Assembly: GCA_040005235.1 (NCBI GenBank)
Contig: JBDTZG010000020.1
Coordinates: forward strand, 1 to 64,000
Source: Acidobacteriota bacterium
GTDB lineage: Bacteria; Acidobacteriota; Thermoanaerobaculia; Multivoradales; UBA5704
DNA length: 64,000 nt
Reading direction: 5' to 3'
Shown here: piece by piece, positions 28,610-37,826 of the stretch
How positions within the stretch are numbered: the stretch's first letter is position 1
Layout of the letters: each line of letters starts with the position of its first letter
Translations under genes and position numbers: made by a program
Notes under the pieces: model-generated
What the model saw: only the letters and a program-made list of their open reading frames with translations
Databases searched by the model: none
What the model was told of the DNA's origin: nothing

Positions 28610-30577
28610 ATGCCCATCGGCCCTTCGAGTTCGCGGGCGATCCGCGGCGCTCTCACCGTCTTTATCGCGCTTGCCGCCTGGCCCGCTCTGGGGGTCGAGA
28701 TCGACCGGATCGCCTCGTTTTCGGCCGGCGATCCGCCGCCTTGCGCCGACCGGTCTCCGGACAGCGCGGTCCAACCGGGCGGCTCGTTTCTATTGATCTG
28801 GCAGAGGAGCGGATGCCCCAGCCCTGCGACGCGAAAGGTCCGCGCCCAGCGCTTCGACGCCACCGGGCGACCGGTTGCCCCCCCCGTCGAGCTTTGGGAT
28901 GGGGTGCTGGCGCATGTCGTTCCCCTACCCGACGGAGGTTTCGCGGCGGTCTCCGAATTCGAAACGCTCCTGAGGCCCCTTGGCCCTCCGGGGATCGGTC
29001 TCCATCGGCTCGACGCGTTCGGCCGGCCGGCGGGGGCGCCGATCGTTGTCGCGATCAACCCGGACAGCCTCAACTTCAATACCCAGCCACGTCTGGCGGT
29101 TGCGCCGAACGGTTCGGTCGCCGTCGTCTGGCGCGATCCTCGCGGAATGACGCGCGGCAGGTTTTTCAACCCTGCTTTGCAGCCGTTGACCGATGCCATC
29201 CCGCTGTCCACCCTCGCCACGCCCCCCTTCGGTGAGATCGATCCGGATATCGGCATCCAAAGCGACGGCACGGCGCTCGCGGTCTGGGCGCGCTTCGTCG
29301 ATACCAACGAGTACCAGGTCGTCGGCCGCCGATTCAGCCCCTTGGGCGGGCCGCTCTCTCCGACTTTTCCGATCAGCCGGGCCGAGCGGTTTCGGATCAA
29401 TGGCAGCCCAAGGGTCACACCACGGGGCACCGACGGCTGGTGGGCTGGCTGGAATAGCCAGCAGGGCCTTCCCGGCGGTCCACCTCCCTTTTCCGAGATC
29501 CGAATCGGACGCCTGGGAGCGGACGGCATTCCGATCGGAAGCGAGCAGTCTTTCAACGATCCTGACGCGATCGAAGCGTTCGCCCTGGGCTCGGAGGCCG
29601 CGGGAAGCCTCTTGGTACTCGTTGGCGAGAAATCCGGAACGATTTCCGGTCGCTGGTTCGATTCCGGCGGCGCGCCGGCCTCGGATCGTACCCGGATCTC
29701 CGCCGCCGGTCCGCTCACAACCAACTTCCCCACGTTGCCCGACCGTTCATCCGGAGCGATCCCAACGGCCTGGTTCAAACACTCGGGAAGTACTTTCGCC
29801 GACGCGGACCTCTCCGGGTCGCTGATATCGCCCCCCTGCATGGAGGGTCAAAGCGCAGCCTGTCTCGGTCCCGGCGGGCGCTACAGGGTGGAGATCGCCT
29901 GGGGAACGGCCGGCGAAAGCGGCACGGCGAAACCGCTGCCACTCTCAGGCAACGTCGCGACGTTCGGCCTCAAAAACATCGCCGACCAAGACGTCACGGT
30001 GCTCCTCGCCGGCCCTGGGTCCAAGAATCTGACCTTTGCCGCGACCACCGGCCTCGCCATCGAGATTCGGGTGACCGACCGGACGACCGGTATGACCCGC
30101 ACATTCACCAAAGCCGCGGGAAACTTCGAGAGCCGGCGCATTGTCAACGCATTGCCGGTTGGACTGAGCGGCGATCTCGACCCTCGCCCGAAGGCCGAAG
30201 AGAACGCGGCGGACGAAGAGACTCTCGCCGTCCCGGCGGCTGGCGAACCTTGCGTTCCGACGAGCCGCACACTCTGTCTGCTGGGCGGCCGATTTCGCGC
30301 CGAGCTCATTGCGGCGCAGGATCCACGGCCGACCTCAGCCCTCTTGCGCTCCGACAAGAGCGGCGGGTTCGCGTTTCCGAGGGCTCCCGAAACGCCCGTC
30401 GTCATCTTGTCGATGATCGACGGCCGGGCGACCAACGGCAAATTCTGGGTCTATTTGGGCGGACTCGCCTCGGCGGGCTACCAGGTCAAGATCACCGAGG
30501 TTTCGACCGGCCGGACCAAGACCTACGACAATCCGGCGGGCCGGCTGGAAAGCCGCGCGGATCGGTCGGCGTTCTGA
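28610..30577 (+). CDS. Secreted beta-repeat protein with duplicated C-terminal domain (paralog 3)
   Basis: Colinear with paralog 2 (EIDRIASFSAGDPP; GNVATFGL; KFWVYLGGL...ESRADRSAF). Confidence 0.87.
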   Translation: MPIGPSSSRAIRGALTVFIALAAWPALGVEIDRIASFSAGDPPPCADRSPDSAVQPGGSFLLIWQRSGCPSPATRKVRAQRFDATGRPVAPPVELWDGVLAHVVPLPDGGFAAVSEFETLLRPLGPPGIGLHRLDAFGRPAGAPIVVAINPDSLNFNTQPRLAVAPNGSVAVVWRDPRGMTRGRFFNPALQPLTDAIPLSTLATPPFGEIDPDIGIQSDGTALAVWARFVDTNEYQVVGRRFSPLGGPLSPTFPISRAERFRINGSPRVTPRGTDGWWAGWNSQQGLPGGPPPFSEIRIGRLGADGIPIGSEQSFNDPDAIEAFALGSEAAGSLLVLVGEKSGTISGRWFDSGGAPASDRTRISAAGPLTTNFPTLPDRSSGAIPTAWFKHSGSTFADADLSGSLISPPCMEGQSAACLGPGGRYRVEIAWGTAGESGTAKPLPLSGNVATFGLKNIADQDVTVLLAGPGSKNLTFAATTGLAIEIRVTDRTTGMTRTFTKAAGNFESRRIVNALPVGLSGDLDPRPKAEENAADEETLAVPAAGEPCVPTSRTLCLLGGRFRAELIAAQDPRPTSALLRSDKSGGFAFPRAPETPVVILSMIDGRATNGKFWVYLGGLASAGYQVKITEVSTGRTKTYDNPAGRLESRADRSAF

Positions 30578-30588
30578 TTTGAGAGGAA

Positions 30589-30612
30589 GAGGGCCTCCGT
30601 CCGGAGGCCCTC
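30589..30612. terminator. Bidirectional hairpin terminator
   Basis: GAGGGCCTCCG-TC-CGGAGGCCCTC perfect inverted repeat between convergent genes. Confidence 0.7.
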
Positions 30613-30616
30613 GATC

Positions 30617-31480
30617 TTACCGAGAGAACGTGTCGCAGTCGTTCGGGTCGCCCGACTGGAGGCCCCGACGAAGCCACTCGGAACGCTGAGCGGCCGTTCC
30701 GTGGGTGAAGCTCTCGGGAACGACGTACCCTTGCGTCTGCTTTTGGATCTCGTCGTCGCCGATCGCCTGGGCGGCTTTCAATCCCGATTCGAAGTCGCCC
30801 GGCTCGATCATATTGTAGTCGTGGTCGGCGTGGTACGCCCAGACCCCCGCCAGACAATCGGCCTGCAGCTCCATCTTCACCGACAGGTCGTTCGCCTGCC
30901 CTTCGTCCCGGGCGCGCTCCTGGGCATCGCGCACGTTCTGATCGATTCCCAGGAGATTTTGGACGTGATGGCCGATCTCGTGGGCGACGACGTACGCCTC
31001 GGCGAATTCACCCGGCGCGCCGAAGCGCTGGGAGAGCTCGGCGAAAAACGCGGTGTCCAGATAGACCTTCTGATCGGCCGGGCAGTAGAACGGACCGACC
31101 GCCGCCGAGGCCATGCCGCACTGCGAAGGGATCGAGCCCGAGAACCGCACCAGATGCGGATCTTGGTAGGGCGTCTTGGTGTTCGCGAGCAGCTTGGTCC
31201 AGACGTCCTCGGTGCTGCCGAGAACCGCCCCGACGAACTTCCCCTCTTGATCGGGCGCAGGCGTCGTGCCGTCTCCCGAAGGAACGGTCTGCGCCGGGCC
31301 GCCGCCCTGGGTCTCCTGGATGGTCTGCAGCAGTTGGAGCGGGTTCCGGCCGGTGACCAGGGCGAAAATGATCACCAGGACCATGCCGCCGCAACCGATG
31401 CCCAAACCCCGTCGTCCACCGCCCCCGCTGCCGCGCACGTCCTCGACGTTGGTGCTCTGTCTCCCGCCTTCCCATCTCAT
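30617..31480 (-). CDS. ypfJ: Neutral zinc metallopeptidase (YpfJ family)
   Basis: MRWEGGRQSTNVED, GPFYCPADQKVYLD, YVVAHEIGHHVQ, ELQADCLAG, VPESFTHGT, CDTF. Confidence 0.92.
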   Translation of the reverse strand: MRWEGGRQSTNVEDVRGSGGGGRRGLGIGCGGMVLVIIFALVTGRNPLQLLQTIQETQGGGPAQTVPSGDGTTPAPDQEGKFVGAVLGSTEDVWTKLLANTKTPYQDPHLVRFSGSIPSQCGMASAAVGPFYCPADQKVYLDTAFFAELSQRFGAPGEFAEAYVVAHEIGHHVQNLLGIDQNVRDAQERARDEGQANDLSVKMELQADCLAGVWAYHADHDYNMIEPGDFESGLKAAQAIGDDEIQKQTQGYVVPESFTHGTAAQRSEWLRRGLQSGDPNDCDTFSR

Positions 31481-31570
31481 GCCGCAATTGTAGCCTGAAG
31501 ATGGGGAACAAATGCCATGGTTTCCCGGTCCGAAGTTAGAATCGTTCGATCTTCCGGAGAAACCTAGCTC

Positions 31571-32110
31571 ATGAGACCGAGATTCCTCCTGCTGCTCGCC
31601 CCGCTCCTGCTCGCCGCCTGCGGCGGTTCCTCCGGTTCCCCGAGCGGGGAGGCGAAGGGCACGGCGGCTGCAAAATCCGCGGTCTCTTCGATCGACGCCT
31701 GCGATCTGTTTCCGGACGACGAGGCGAACGCGATCGCCAGAGGGTACGTCTCCGGCATGAGCAGCACGTTGGAGGACGCCAAGGGGCGCGATCCGCTCTC
31801 CTGCGCCTACAACGCCGGATCGACCGAGCAGCCGAGGATCTTGAGCCTCGTCGTCCGCCTGCATGAGACCCCCGAGCGGGCGGAGCGTACCCTCCTCGCC
31901 ACGCGTGGCGCGCTCGACACGCTCACCCACGGCGACCTGAAGGACGTGCCGAACCTCGGCGACGGCGCCTTCTGGGCGGGAGGGCGCTTGATGCAGCTCC
32001 ACGTCCGCAAAGGGGAAAAGCAGCTCCTGATCACCTGCCAGCTGAACGACCCGGCGGCCTCGTTCGCCGGAGCGCAAAAGATCGCCAAGGCCGCGCTCGG
32101 CCGGCTCTAG
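31571..32110 (+). CDS. Lipoprotein, hypothetical
   Basis: Lipobox LLAAC; DACDL...CAY...VPNLGDGAFW. Confidence 0.8.
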   Translation: MRPRFLLLLAPLLLAACGGSSGSPSGEAKGTAAAKSAVSSIDACDLFPDDEANAIARGYVSGMSSTLEDAKGRDPLSCAYNAGSTEQPRILSLVVRLHETPERAERTLLATRGALDTLTHGDLKDVPNLGDGAFWAGGRLMQLHVRKGEKQLLITCQLNDPAASFAGAQKIAKAALGRL

Positions 32111-32127
32111 ACGTCCGGGCCGCCTCC

Positions 32128-33555
32128 ATGTGGTCCGACCGCCCCTCCGCACCCGTCCGCGCCCGCCGGGAAAAACGCCTTCGCGCGCTGCTTCCCGCAC
32201 CGCGCGAAGGAGCGCGGGGATCGAAAACTCCCCTACGCGGCACGGCTTCCCCCGAGCAGGTGGCCGAGGCGCTGCGGCGGCTGCCGGGCTTCGCCTGGCT
32301 CGACGGCGGGGCCGAAGGTCACCGGCTGGCCGCCCAGCCGATCGCGCAGCTTGCCGTGCGCGCCGGCCGGGCGACCGTTTCGACCGCGGCCGGGCAGGCG
32401 ACGTTTGCCGCCCGAGGATTCGATCTCCTGGAATCCGCCCTTTCCGTCTGGGGCGGAGCGGGGGGACTTCTGCTCGGCTATCTCGGCTACGAGCTGGGCG
32501 CGGAGATCGAAAAGCTGCCGACCCCGCCGCCGGACGACCTTTCGCTCCCCGACCTCAAGCTCTCGCTGTTCGATCGTGTGCTGCTCTGGGACGGCAAGCA
32601 CTGGGCGCTCGAATCTTCCAACGCCTGGCGCGGCGGAAATCCGACCGATGAGGCGGAGGCTCTGCTCGCCCGCGCCGCCGCGCTCGACATTCCCCCGCTC
32701 GAAAGGCTCGCCACACGAACCCATGTGGCAAGCCGGCCGACCCGCGACGGATTCGAGGCGGCGGTTTCGCGCACGGTCGAGCGGATCGGCCAAGGCGAGA
32801 TCTTCCAGGCGAACCTCTGCCGGCGGCTCGAAGCGCCCTGTGCCGCCCCTCAAGTCTGGCCCCTCTACCGCCGCCTGCGCGCCGCGAGCCCGGCGATCCG
32901 CGGCGCGTTCTTCGACCTCGGCGCGGGCCGCGCGCTCCTGTCGATCTCGCCCGAGATCTTCCTGTCGGTGCGCGGGCGCGCGGTCGAGACCCGGCCGATC
33001 AAGGGAACCCGTCCCCGCGGCAGGAACCCGCACGAAGATCGGGCGCTTGCCCGCGAGCTGGTCGAAAGCGCCAAGGACAAGGCGGAGCTCGCGATGATCG
33101 TCGACGTGGCGAGAAACGATCTCGGTCGGGTGGCAGAGCCCGGCTCGATCTCGACACCCACACTCGGCGAGCTCTCGACCCTGCCCACCGTCCACCATCT
33201 CATGGCGGTCGTCCGCGGCACGCTCCGCCGCGACGTCGGCCCAGCCGACCTGCTGCGCGCGACGTTTCCCGCAGCCTCGATCTCCGGCGCGCCGAAGATC
33301 CGGGCGATGGCGGTGATCTCGGCCGAAGAGGAGCGGCGCCGCGGCCCGGCGATGGGCGCGTTCGGCTGGATCTCGTTGAATGGCGACCTGGAGCTGGCGG
33401 TCGCGATCCGCACCGCGGCGGTCGCAAAGGGAAAGATCGCCTACCACGCCGGTTGCGGCATCACGGCCGACTCGCTTCCCAATCTCGAACGGGAGGAGAG
33501 CGAAGCGAAGGCCGCGGCATTCCTGACCGCGATCGGCGGACTGGAATTCGATTGA
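32128..33555 (+). CDS. pabB: Aminodeoxychorismate synthase component I / anthranilate synthase-like chorismate-binding enzyme
   Basis: GYLGYELG, GEIFQANL, SPEIFL, TRPIKGTRPRG, KDKAELAMIVDVARNDLGRV, SISGAPKIRAM, VAIRTA. Exact start uncertain. Confidence 0.85.
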   Translation: MWSDRPSAPVRARREKRLRALLPAPREGARGSKTPLRGTASPEQVAEALRRLPGFAWLDGGAEGHRLAAQPIAQLAVRAGRATVSTAAGQATFAARGFDLLESALSVWGGAGGLLLGYLGYELGAEIEKLPTPPPDDLSLPDLKLSLFDRVLLWDGKHWALESSNAWRGGNPTDEAEALLARAAALDIPPLERLATRTHVASRPTRDGFEAAVSRTVERIGQGEIFQANLCRRLEAPCAAPQVWPLYRRLRAASPAIRGAFFDLGAGRALLSISPEIFLSVRGRAVETRPIKGTRPRGRNPHEDRALARELVESAKDKAELAMIVDVARNDLGRVAEPGSISTPTLGELSTLPTVHHLMAVVRGTLRRDVGPADLLRATFPAASISGAPKIRAMAVISAEEERRRGPAMGAFGWISLNGDLELAVAIRTAAVAKGKIAYHAGCGITADSLPNLEREESEAKAAAFLTAIGGLEFD

Positions 33556-34298
33556 GCGCCCTCGACGCCCTCCAGGTGGCCTGGTGGAACGGCCGCCTCG
33601 TCCCGCGCGCCGAGGTGAAGATTTCCCCCAACGACGCGGGATTCCGTTTCGGAGATGGCCTGTTCGAAACGCTCCGAGTGGACCAAGGCGCCGCAATCGA
33701 CGTCGAAGCTCACCTCGACCGGCTATTCGCTTCCCTGCCACGCATCTCGCTGGACGTGCCTGAAGATCGAGCGGCCCTCGACCAGGCGATCGCCGAGGTG
33801 GCAACCGCCGCCCCGTGGCCCTGCGCCCGCCTACGCCTCACCGTCACCCGAGGAACGCCAGGCGACGGACCGACCCGCCTGATCGAAGCCTTCCCCTACA
33901 CGCCGCCCAATCCCGACGCCGACTTGACCGTCGTTCTGCTTGCCGAATTCCGCATCGATTCCCGTGGCCCGCTCGCGGGGCTAAAAAGCCTCTCCTATCA
34001 GGCGAACCGCCTCGTTCTCGCACGCGCCACGGTCGCAGGAGCCGACGAGGCGATCCTGCTGAACGAACGGGGCGAGCTGTGCGAAGGGTCGCGCAGCAAC
34101 CTGGCGCTGCGGCTCGACGGAAAGTGGCTCACGCCGCCGATCCGCTCCGGCTGCCTGCCCGGGACGGTCCGGCGGCGGCGACTCGAACGGGGCGAGGTCG
34201 AAGAGCGGGATCTCCTGCCGGAGGATCTCGATCGCTCGGAGGGGATCGAGCTGATGAACAGCCTTTGGGGCGTGGTGGCGGGTCGGCGGATCGGGTAA
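33552..34298 (+). CDS. pabC: Aminotransferase class IV (4-amino-4-deoxychorismate lyase-like)
   Basis: DAGFRFGDGLFETLR, HLDRL, RLTVTRG, GLKSLSY, CEGSRSN, GCLPGTVR; TTG start overlapping the pabB stop. Confidence 0.82.
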   Translation: MSALDALQVAWWNGRLVPRAEVKISPNDAGFRFGDGLFETLRVDQGAAIDVEAHLDRLFASLPRISLDVPEDRAALDQAIAEVATAAPWPCARLRLTVTRGTPGDGPTRLIEAFPYTPPNPDADLTVVLLAEFRIDSRGPLAGLKSLSYQANRLVLARATVAGADEAILLNERGELCEGSRSNLALRLDGKWLTPPIRSGCLPGTVRRRRLERGEVEERDLLPEDLDRSEGIELMNSLWGVVAGRRIG

Positions 34299-34331
34299 TG
34301 CGCAGGGAGCCGATTCTCTGCATCAAGGTAG

Positions 34332-34434
34332 TCCGGCCCAACGGGCCGGCAGAACCTAGCCCAGGGCTGAGGCCGAAGGCCGATGCCCTGGGTTCTAAGA
34401 CCCCCACAGAAAGGCGGCCTGAAAGGCCGCGAGA
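34332..34434. repeat. REP-like palindromic element of the RAYT-associated type
   Basis: CGGCCCAACGGGCCG, CCCAGGGC..GGCCGAAGGCC..GCCCTGGG and GCGGCCTGAAAGGCCGC nested hairpins. Confidence 0.7.
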
Positions 34435-34435
34435 G

Positions 34436-34503
34436 CTTTCTTGAGGTGGCCGATCACGTCGCTCAGCACCTCAGTCCGTGCGAGGAGAAACAGGACGTTC
34501 AAA
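34436..34503 (-). pseudogene. Fragment of an IS200/IS605-family (RAYT-like) Y1 transposase
   Basis: LNVLFLLARTEVLSDVIGHLKK resembles the segment immediately after the HUH motif of TnpA/RAYT, and it abuts the REP. Confidence 0.5.
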
Positions 34504-34529
34504 GGGTCGGGCCCGGTGGGGATCGGCGT

Positions 34530-34745
34530 CCCTTCATCGGTCTTTGGCGTCCACCCACCTGTGTTTCGTTTCCGCCCAGAGGTATTTTGAATCCGTCCAG
34601 AAGTTCGCAGGTTCCACCCCTGAGTTGTGCACGTCGGTAAGGCGGTCTCTCGCGTTGGCAATGCGGTAAGCCGCATCCCGGGATCGGAATTCGCCGTCCG
34701 CCCGCCTGTGGCCAGATCTCGCCGGCCGGTATCGAGCGTCGGCAA
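34530..34745. repeat. Highly degenerate 21-nt period array
   Basis: Minus frame TGGRTAN-SDPGMRL-TALPTRE-TALPTCT-TQGWNLR-TSGRIQN-TSGRKRN-TGGWTPK-TDEG has Thr/Ser every 7th codon. Confidence 0.55.
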
Positions 34746-34801
34746 AGGGACGGCTCAACTATATCTTGACCAGATATACCTACCGCGAATACACTCGCTG
34801 C

Positions 34802-35170
34802 ATGGCAACGCACTCCGACGATCCCACCCCCGCCTCTCTGCTGCCGCTTCCGACCGCTACGTTCCACATTCTGATCGCGCTCGCCGAAGGGGATCGGCAT
34901 GGCTACGCGGTGATGCAGGAGGTGGCCGAACGGACGGGAGGGCGGACGAAGCTGAACCCCGGCACGCTCTACACGACGCTCCATCGCTTGCTGGAGCAAG
35001 GACTGATCGTCGAGCCGGACGCCCGGGAGGTCGCCGCGAATTCGGACGAACGCCGCCGGCACTATCGGTTGACGCCGTTGGGTCGGGAGGTCGCGGAGCT
35101 GGAGCTGGCCCGCCTGGGGGACCTGCTGAACCTCGGCCGGCGCGCCGGCCTTTCGTACGAGGGGCGGTGA
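34802..35170 (+). CDS. PadR family transcriptional regulator
   Basis: FHILIALAEGDRHGYAVMQEV...PGTLYTTLHRLLEQGLI...RRRHYRLTPLGR. Confidence 0.92.
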   Translation: MATHSDDPTPASLLPLPTATFHILIALAEGDRHGYAVMQEVAERTGGRTKLNPGTLYTTLHRLLEQGLIVEPDAREVAANSDERRRHYRLTPLGREVAELELARLGDLLNLGRRAGLSYEGR

Positions 35171-35173
35171 ACC

Positions 35174-37819
35174 ATGCACCCTGAAACCCCAACTTCTTGG
35201 TCCGAGCGGGGGTACGCCTCTCTCCTCTGGCTTTACCCCGGTTCGTTCCGCGAGGAGTACGGCGGCGAGATGACCGCAGCGTTTTCCGCCCGCTGGGCGG
35301 AGGCGAAGAGAGATCGAGGCCCATTCGCCTCGGCTTGGGTTTGGCTCTCCGCCGCGGCGGACGCTCTGGCGACCGCCCTTTCCGAGCACCGCTCGCGGCT
35401 TGCTCAGGACTTCGGCCGCGCAGCCCGCACGCTCGCACTCCGGGGCAACCGGGCCTTTACACTGGCTTCGGTTGCGACGCTCGCCTTGGGACTCGGCGGC
35501 GCCACCACGATCTTCAGCCTGGTCCATGCGGTCTTGCTGGCCCCCCTACCGTTCAAAGAGCCCTCGCGGGTGGTCCACCTGGCCGCCGTGAATCTGTCGC
35601 ACGACCTGCCGCGCTTCACCGTCTCGGTACCCGATTTCCTCACCTGGCAGGAGCGCGGTAAGAGCGTCTCAAGGCTCACCGCCATCCAAGAGGTGGGCGT
35701 GAATCTCTCGGGAGGCGGCGCGCCGGAACGGGTGACCGGCTTCGCCGTCTCGGGAAATCTGTTCGACCTCCTGGGCACGCCGTTGCTCGCGGGCCGGGAG
35801 TTCACTCTCGAGGAAGACTCACCCGGCGGACCGGCGGTCGCAATCCTCGGCGAAGGGCTCTGGCGGCGCCGCTACGGCGCGCAAACTTCGATCCTCGGAC
35901 GGCCGATCCGGGTGAACGGCGAAACCCGCACGGTGGTGGGCATCGCCCCGGCGGACGTGGGTTTCTCGACCGACGTCGGCCTTTGGCTGCCGCTTGCGCC
36001 GGAGCGATCGGGCGAGAACCGTGGCGACCGCCGGGTCGACGTGCTCGGCCGGCTGGCGCCCGGGGCGACTCTCGCCACTGCGCAGGCGGAGATCGGGGGG
36101 ATCAGCGCGCAGCTCGAAAAAGATTTCCCCGACACCAACCTCGGCTGGCAGGCCGCGGTCGAATCGGTGCGCGATTGGAGGGTCGGAGGGGAGCTGCGTA
36201 CCCGGCTGCTCGTCCTGCTCGCCGCGGTCGGCGTCCTGCTGCTCGTCGCCTGCGCGAACGTCGCGAACCTTCAGCTGGCCCGGGCGACGGCGCGGGTACG
36301 CGAGATCGGCATCCGCCGCGCGCTCGGCGCGAGCCCCGCCCGGGTGGTCCGGCATCTGATGACCGAGAACCTGCTGCTAGCGAGTTTGGGCGGTGCGCTC
36401 GGGCTGGGGCTCGCCGCGGCGGCCCTGCGCGGCGCCGCGGCGATCCTACCCGCGACACTCCCCCGGCTCTCTTCGATCGCGCTCAACGGGCCGGTGTTGA
36501 TGGTCGCCTTTCTGCTCACCGCAGCCACCGCGTTCGCATTCGGCATTCTTCCTTCCGCGCTCGCCGGCCGGACGGACGTGCGGACCGCCCTCGCCCAAGG
36601 CGGTCGCTCCGCGGTCGACGCTCGCCGGGCTCCCCTTCGAGAAGGCCTGGTGGTGGCGCAGCTCGCCCTCGCGACCGCCTTGGCGATCGGCGCGGTGCTG
36701 CTCGCGCAGAGCTTCGCCCGGCTGCAACACGTGTCGCTCGGATTTCGGCCGGATCACCTGCTCACCGCGCGCCTGACTTTGCCGGATGTCGAGGACAACG
36801 ACGAGATCTACAAGACCAACCTCGCGCTTTATGCCGCCCTGCTCGAAAAGGCGCGCGCGCTCCCCGGGGTCACCTCTGCCGGGCTCACCAGTGAAATCCC
36901 GCTCGGCGAGGTGAATACGAGCATGGAGGTTTCGGCCCTCGCGCCGCCCCCCGGCACGAGCATCGGCTCGGCAGCGAACCGCGAGGGAGCGCAAGCCTCC
37001 TGGCGCATCGTGACCGAGGGATACCTGCCGACCCTCGGCGTGCCGCTCCTTCGAGGTCGCTGGTTCGCCGAGCACCACGAGCCGCACCATTCGCTCCTGC
37101 TGAGCGAGGGCCTCGCCCGCCGTCTTTTCCCTCGCGGCGCCGACCCGATCGGCCGGACGGTCTATCTAGGAAACAATCAGGAGCGCACCGTGGTGGGCGT
37201 CGTGGGCGATGTCCGCCAGGTCGGCCTGGAACAAAACCCAACCCCCACGATGTATATGCCGACCACCTGGTACCTTTGGCCGACGATGACGATCGCTGTC
37301 CGCACCGCGGGCGATCCGGCGGCCCTCACCCCCGGTCTCCGCCAAGTGCTCCATCAACTCAACCCCGACCTCGCCCTGTTCGACGTCCGCACCCTTTCCA
37401 CCGTGATCTCCGGAAGCGTCTCCCAACCTCGCCTCCAGACTTGGGTCGTCGCCCTCTTCGCGGGCCTGGCGCTCCTCCTCGCCGCCATCGGAGTCGCCGG
37501 TCTAGTCGCCTACAACGTCACCCGCCGCACACCCGAGCTGGCCGTCAGAGCCGCCCTGGGAGCTTCCCCCGGCCGCATTGTGGGGCAGGTCCTCGCCCGA
37601 GGATTGGCGCTGTCGCTTTCGGGTGTCACCGCCGGAGTCCTCCTCGCCGCGCTGCTCGGAAGAGGATTGAAGAGCCTCCTCTACGGCATCGACCCCCACG
37701 CCCCGGCAACCTACGCCGCGACCGCGTTGATTCTCGGCAGCCTGGGGGCGCTCGCGGCCTGGCTCCCCGCCCGGCGGGCGACGCGGATCAGCCCGGTCTT
37801 GGCGCTTAAGGGGGAGTGA
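35174..37819 (+). CDS. Acidobacterial duplicated orphan ABC permease (ADOP) with N-terminal prefix domain
   Basis: LLWLYPGSFREEYGGEM prefix; VACANVANLQLARA...REIGIRRALGAS; RRATRISPVLALKGE; PadR directly upstream. Confidence 0.92.
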   Translation: MHPETPTSWSERGYASLLWLYPGSFREEYGGEMTAAFSARWAEAKRDRGPFASAWVWLSAAADALATALSEHRSRLAQDFGRAARTLALRGNRAFTLASVATLALGLGGATTIFSLVHAVLLAPLPFKEPSRVVHLAAVNLSHDLPRFTVSVPDFLTWQERGKSVSRLTAIQEVGVNLSGGGAPERVTGFAVSGNLFDLLGTPLLAGREFTLEEDSPGGPAVAILGEGLWRRRYGAQTSILGRPIRVNGETRTVVGIAPADVGFSTDVGLWLPLAPERSGENRGDRRVDVLGRLAPGATLATAQAEIGGISAQLEKDFPDTNLGWQAAVESVRDWRVGGELRTRLLVLLAAVGVLLLVACANVANLQLARATARVREIGIRRALGASPARVVRHLMTENLLLASLGGALGLGLAAAALRGAAAILPATLPRLSSIALNGPVLMVAFLLTAATAFAFGILPSALAGRTDVRTALAQGGRSAVDARRAPLREGLVVAQLALATALAIGAVLLAQSFARLQHVSLGFRPDHLLTARLTLPDVEDNDEIYKTNLALYAALLEKARALPGVTSAGLTSEIPLGEVNTSMEVSALAPPPGTSIGSAANREGAQASWRIVTEGYLPTLGVPLLRGRWFAEHHEPHHSLLLSEGLARRLFPRGADPIGRTVYLGNNQERTVVGVVGDVRQVGLEQNPTPTMYMPTTWYLWPTMTIAVRTAGDPAALTPGLRQVLHQLNPDLALFDVRTLSTVISGSVSQPRLQTWVVALFAGLALLLAAIGVAGLVAYNVTRRTPELAVRAALGASPGRIVGQVLARGLALSLSGVTAGVLLAALLGRGLKSLLYGIDPHAPATYAATALILGSLGALAAWLPARRATRISPVLALKGE

Positions 37820-37826
37820 CGGAGCG

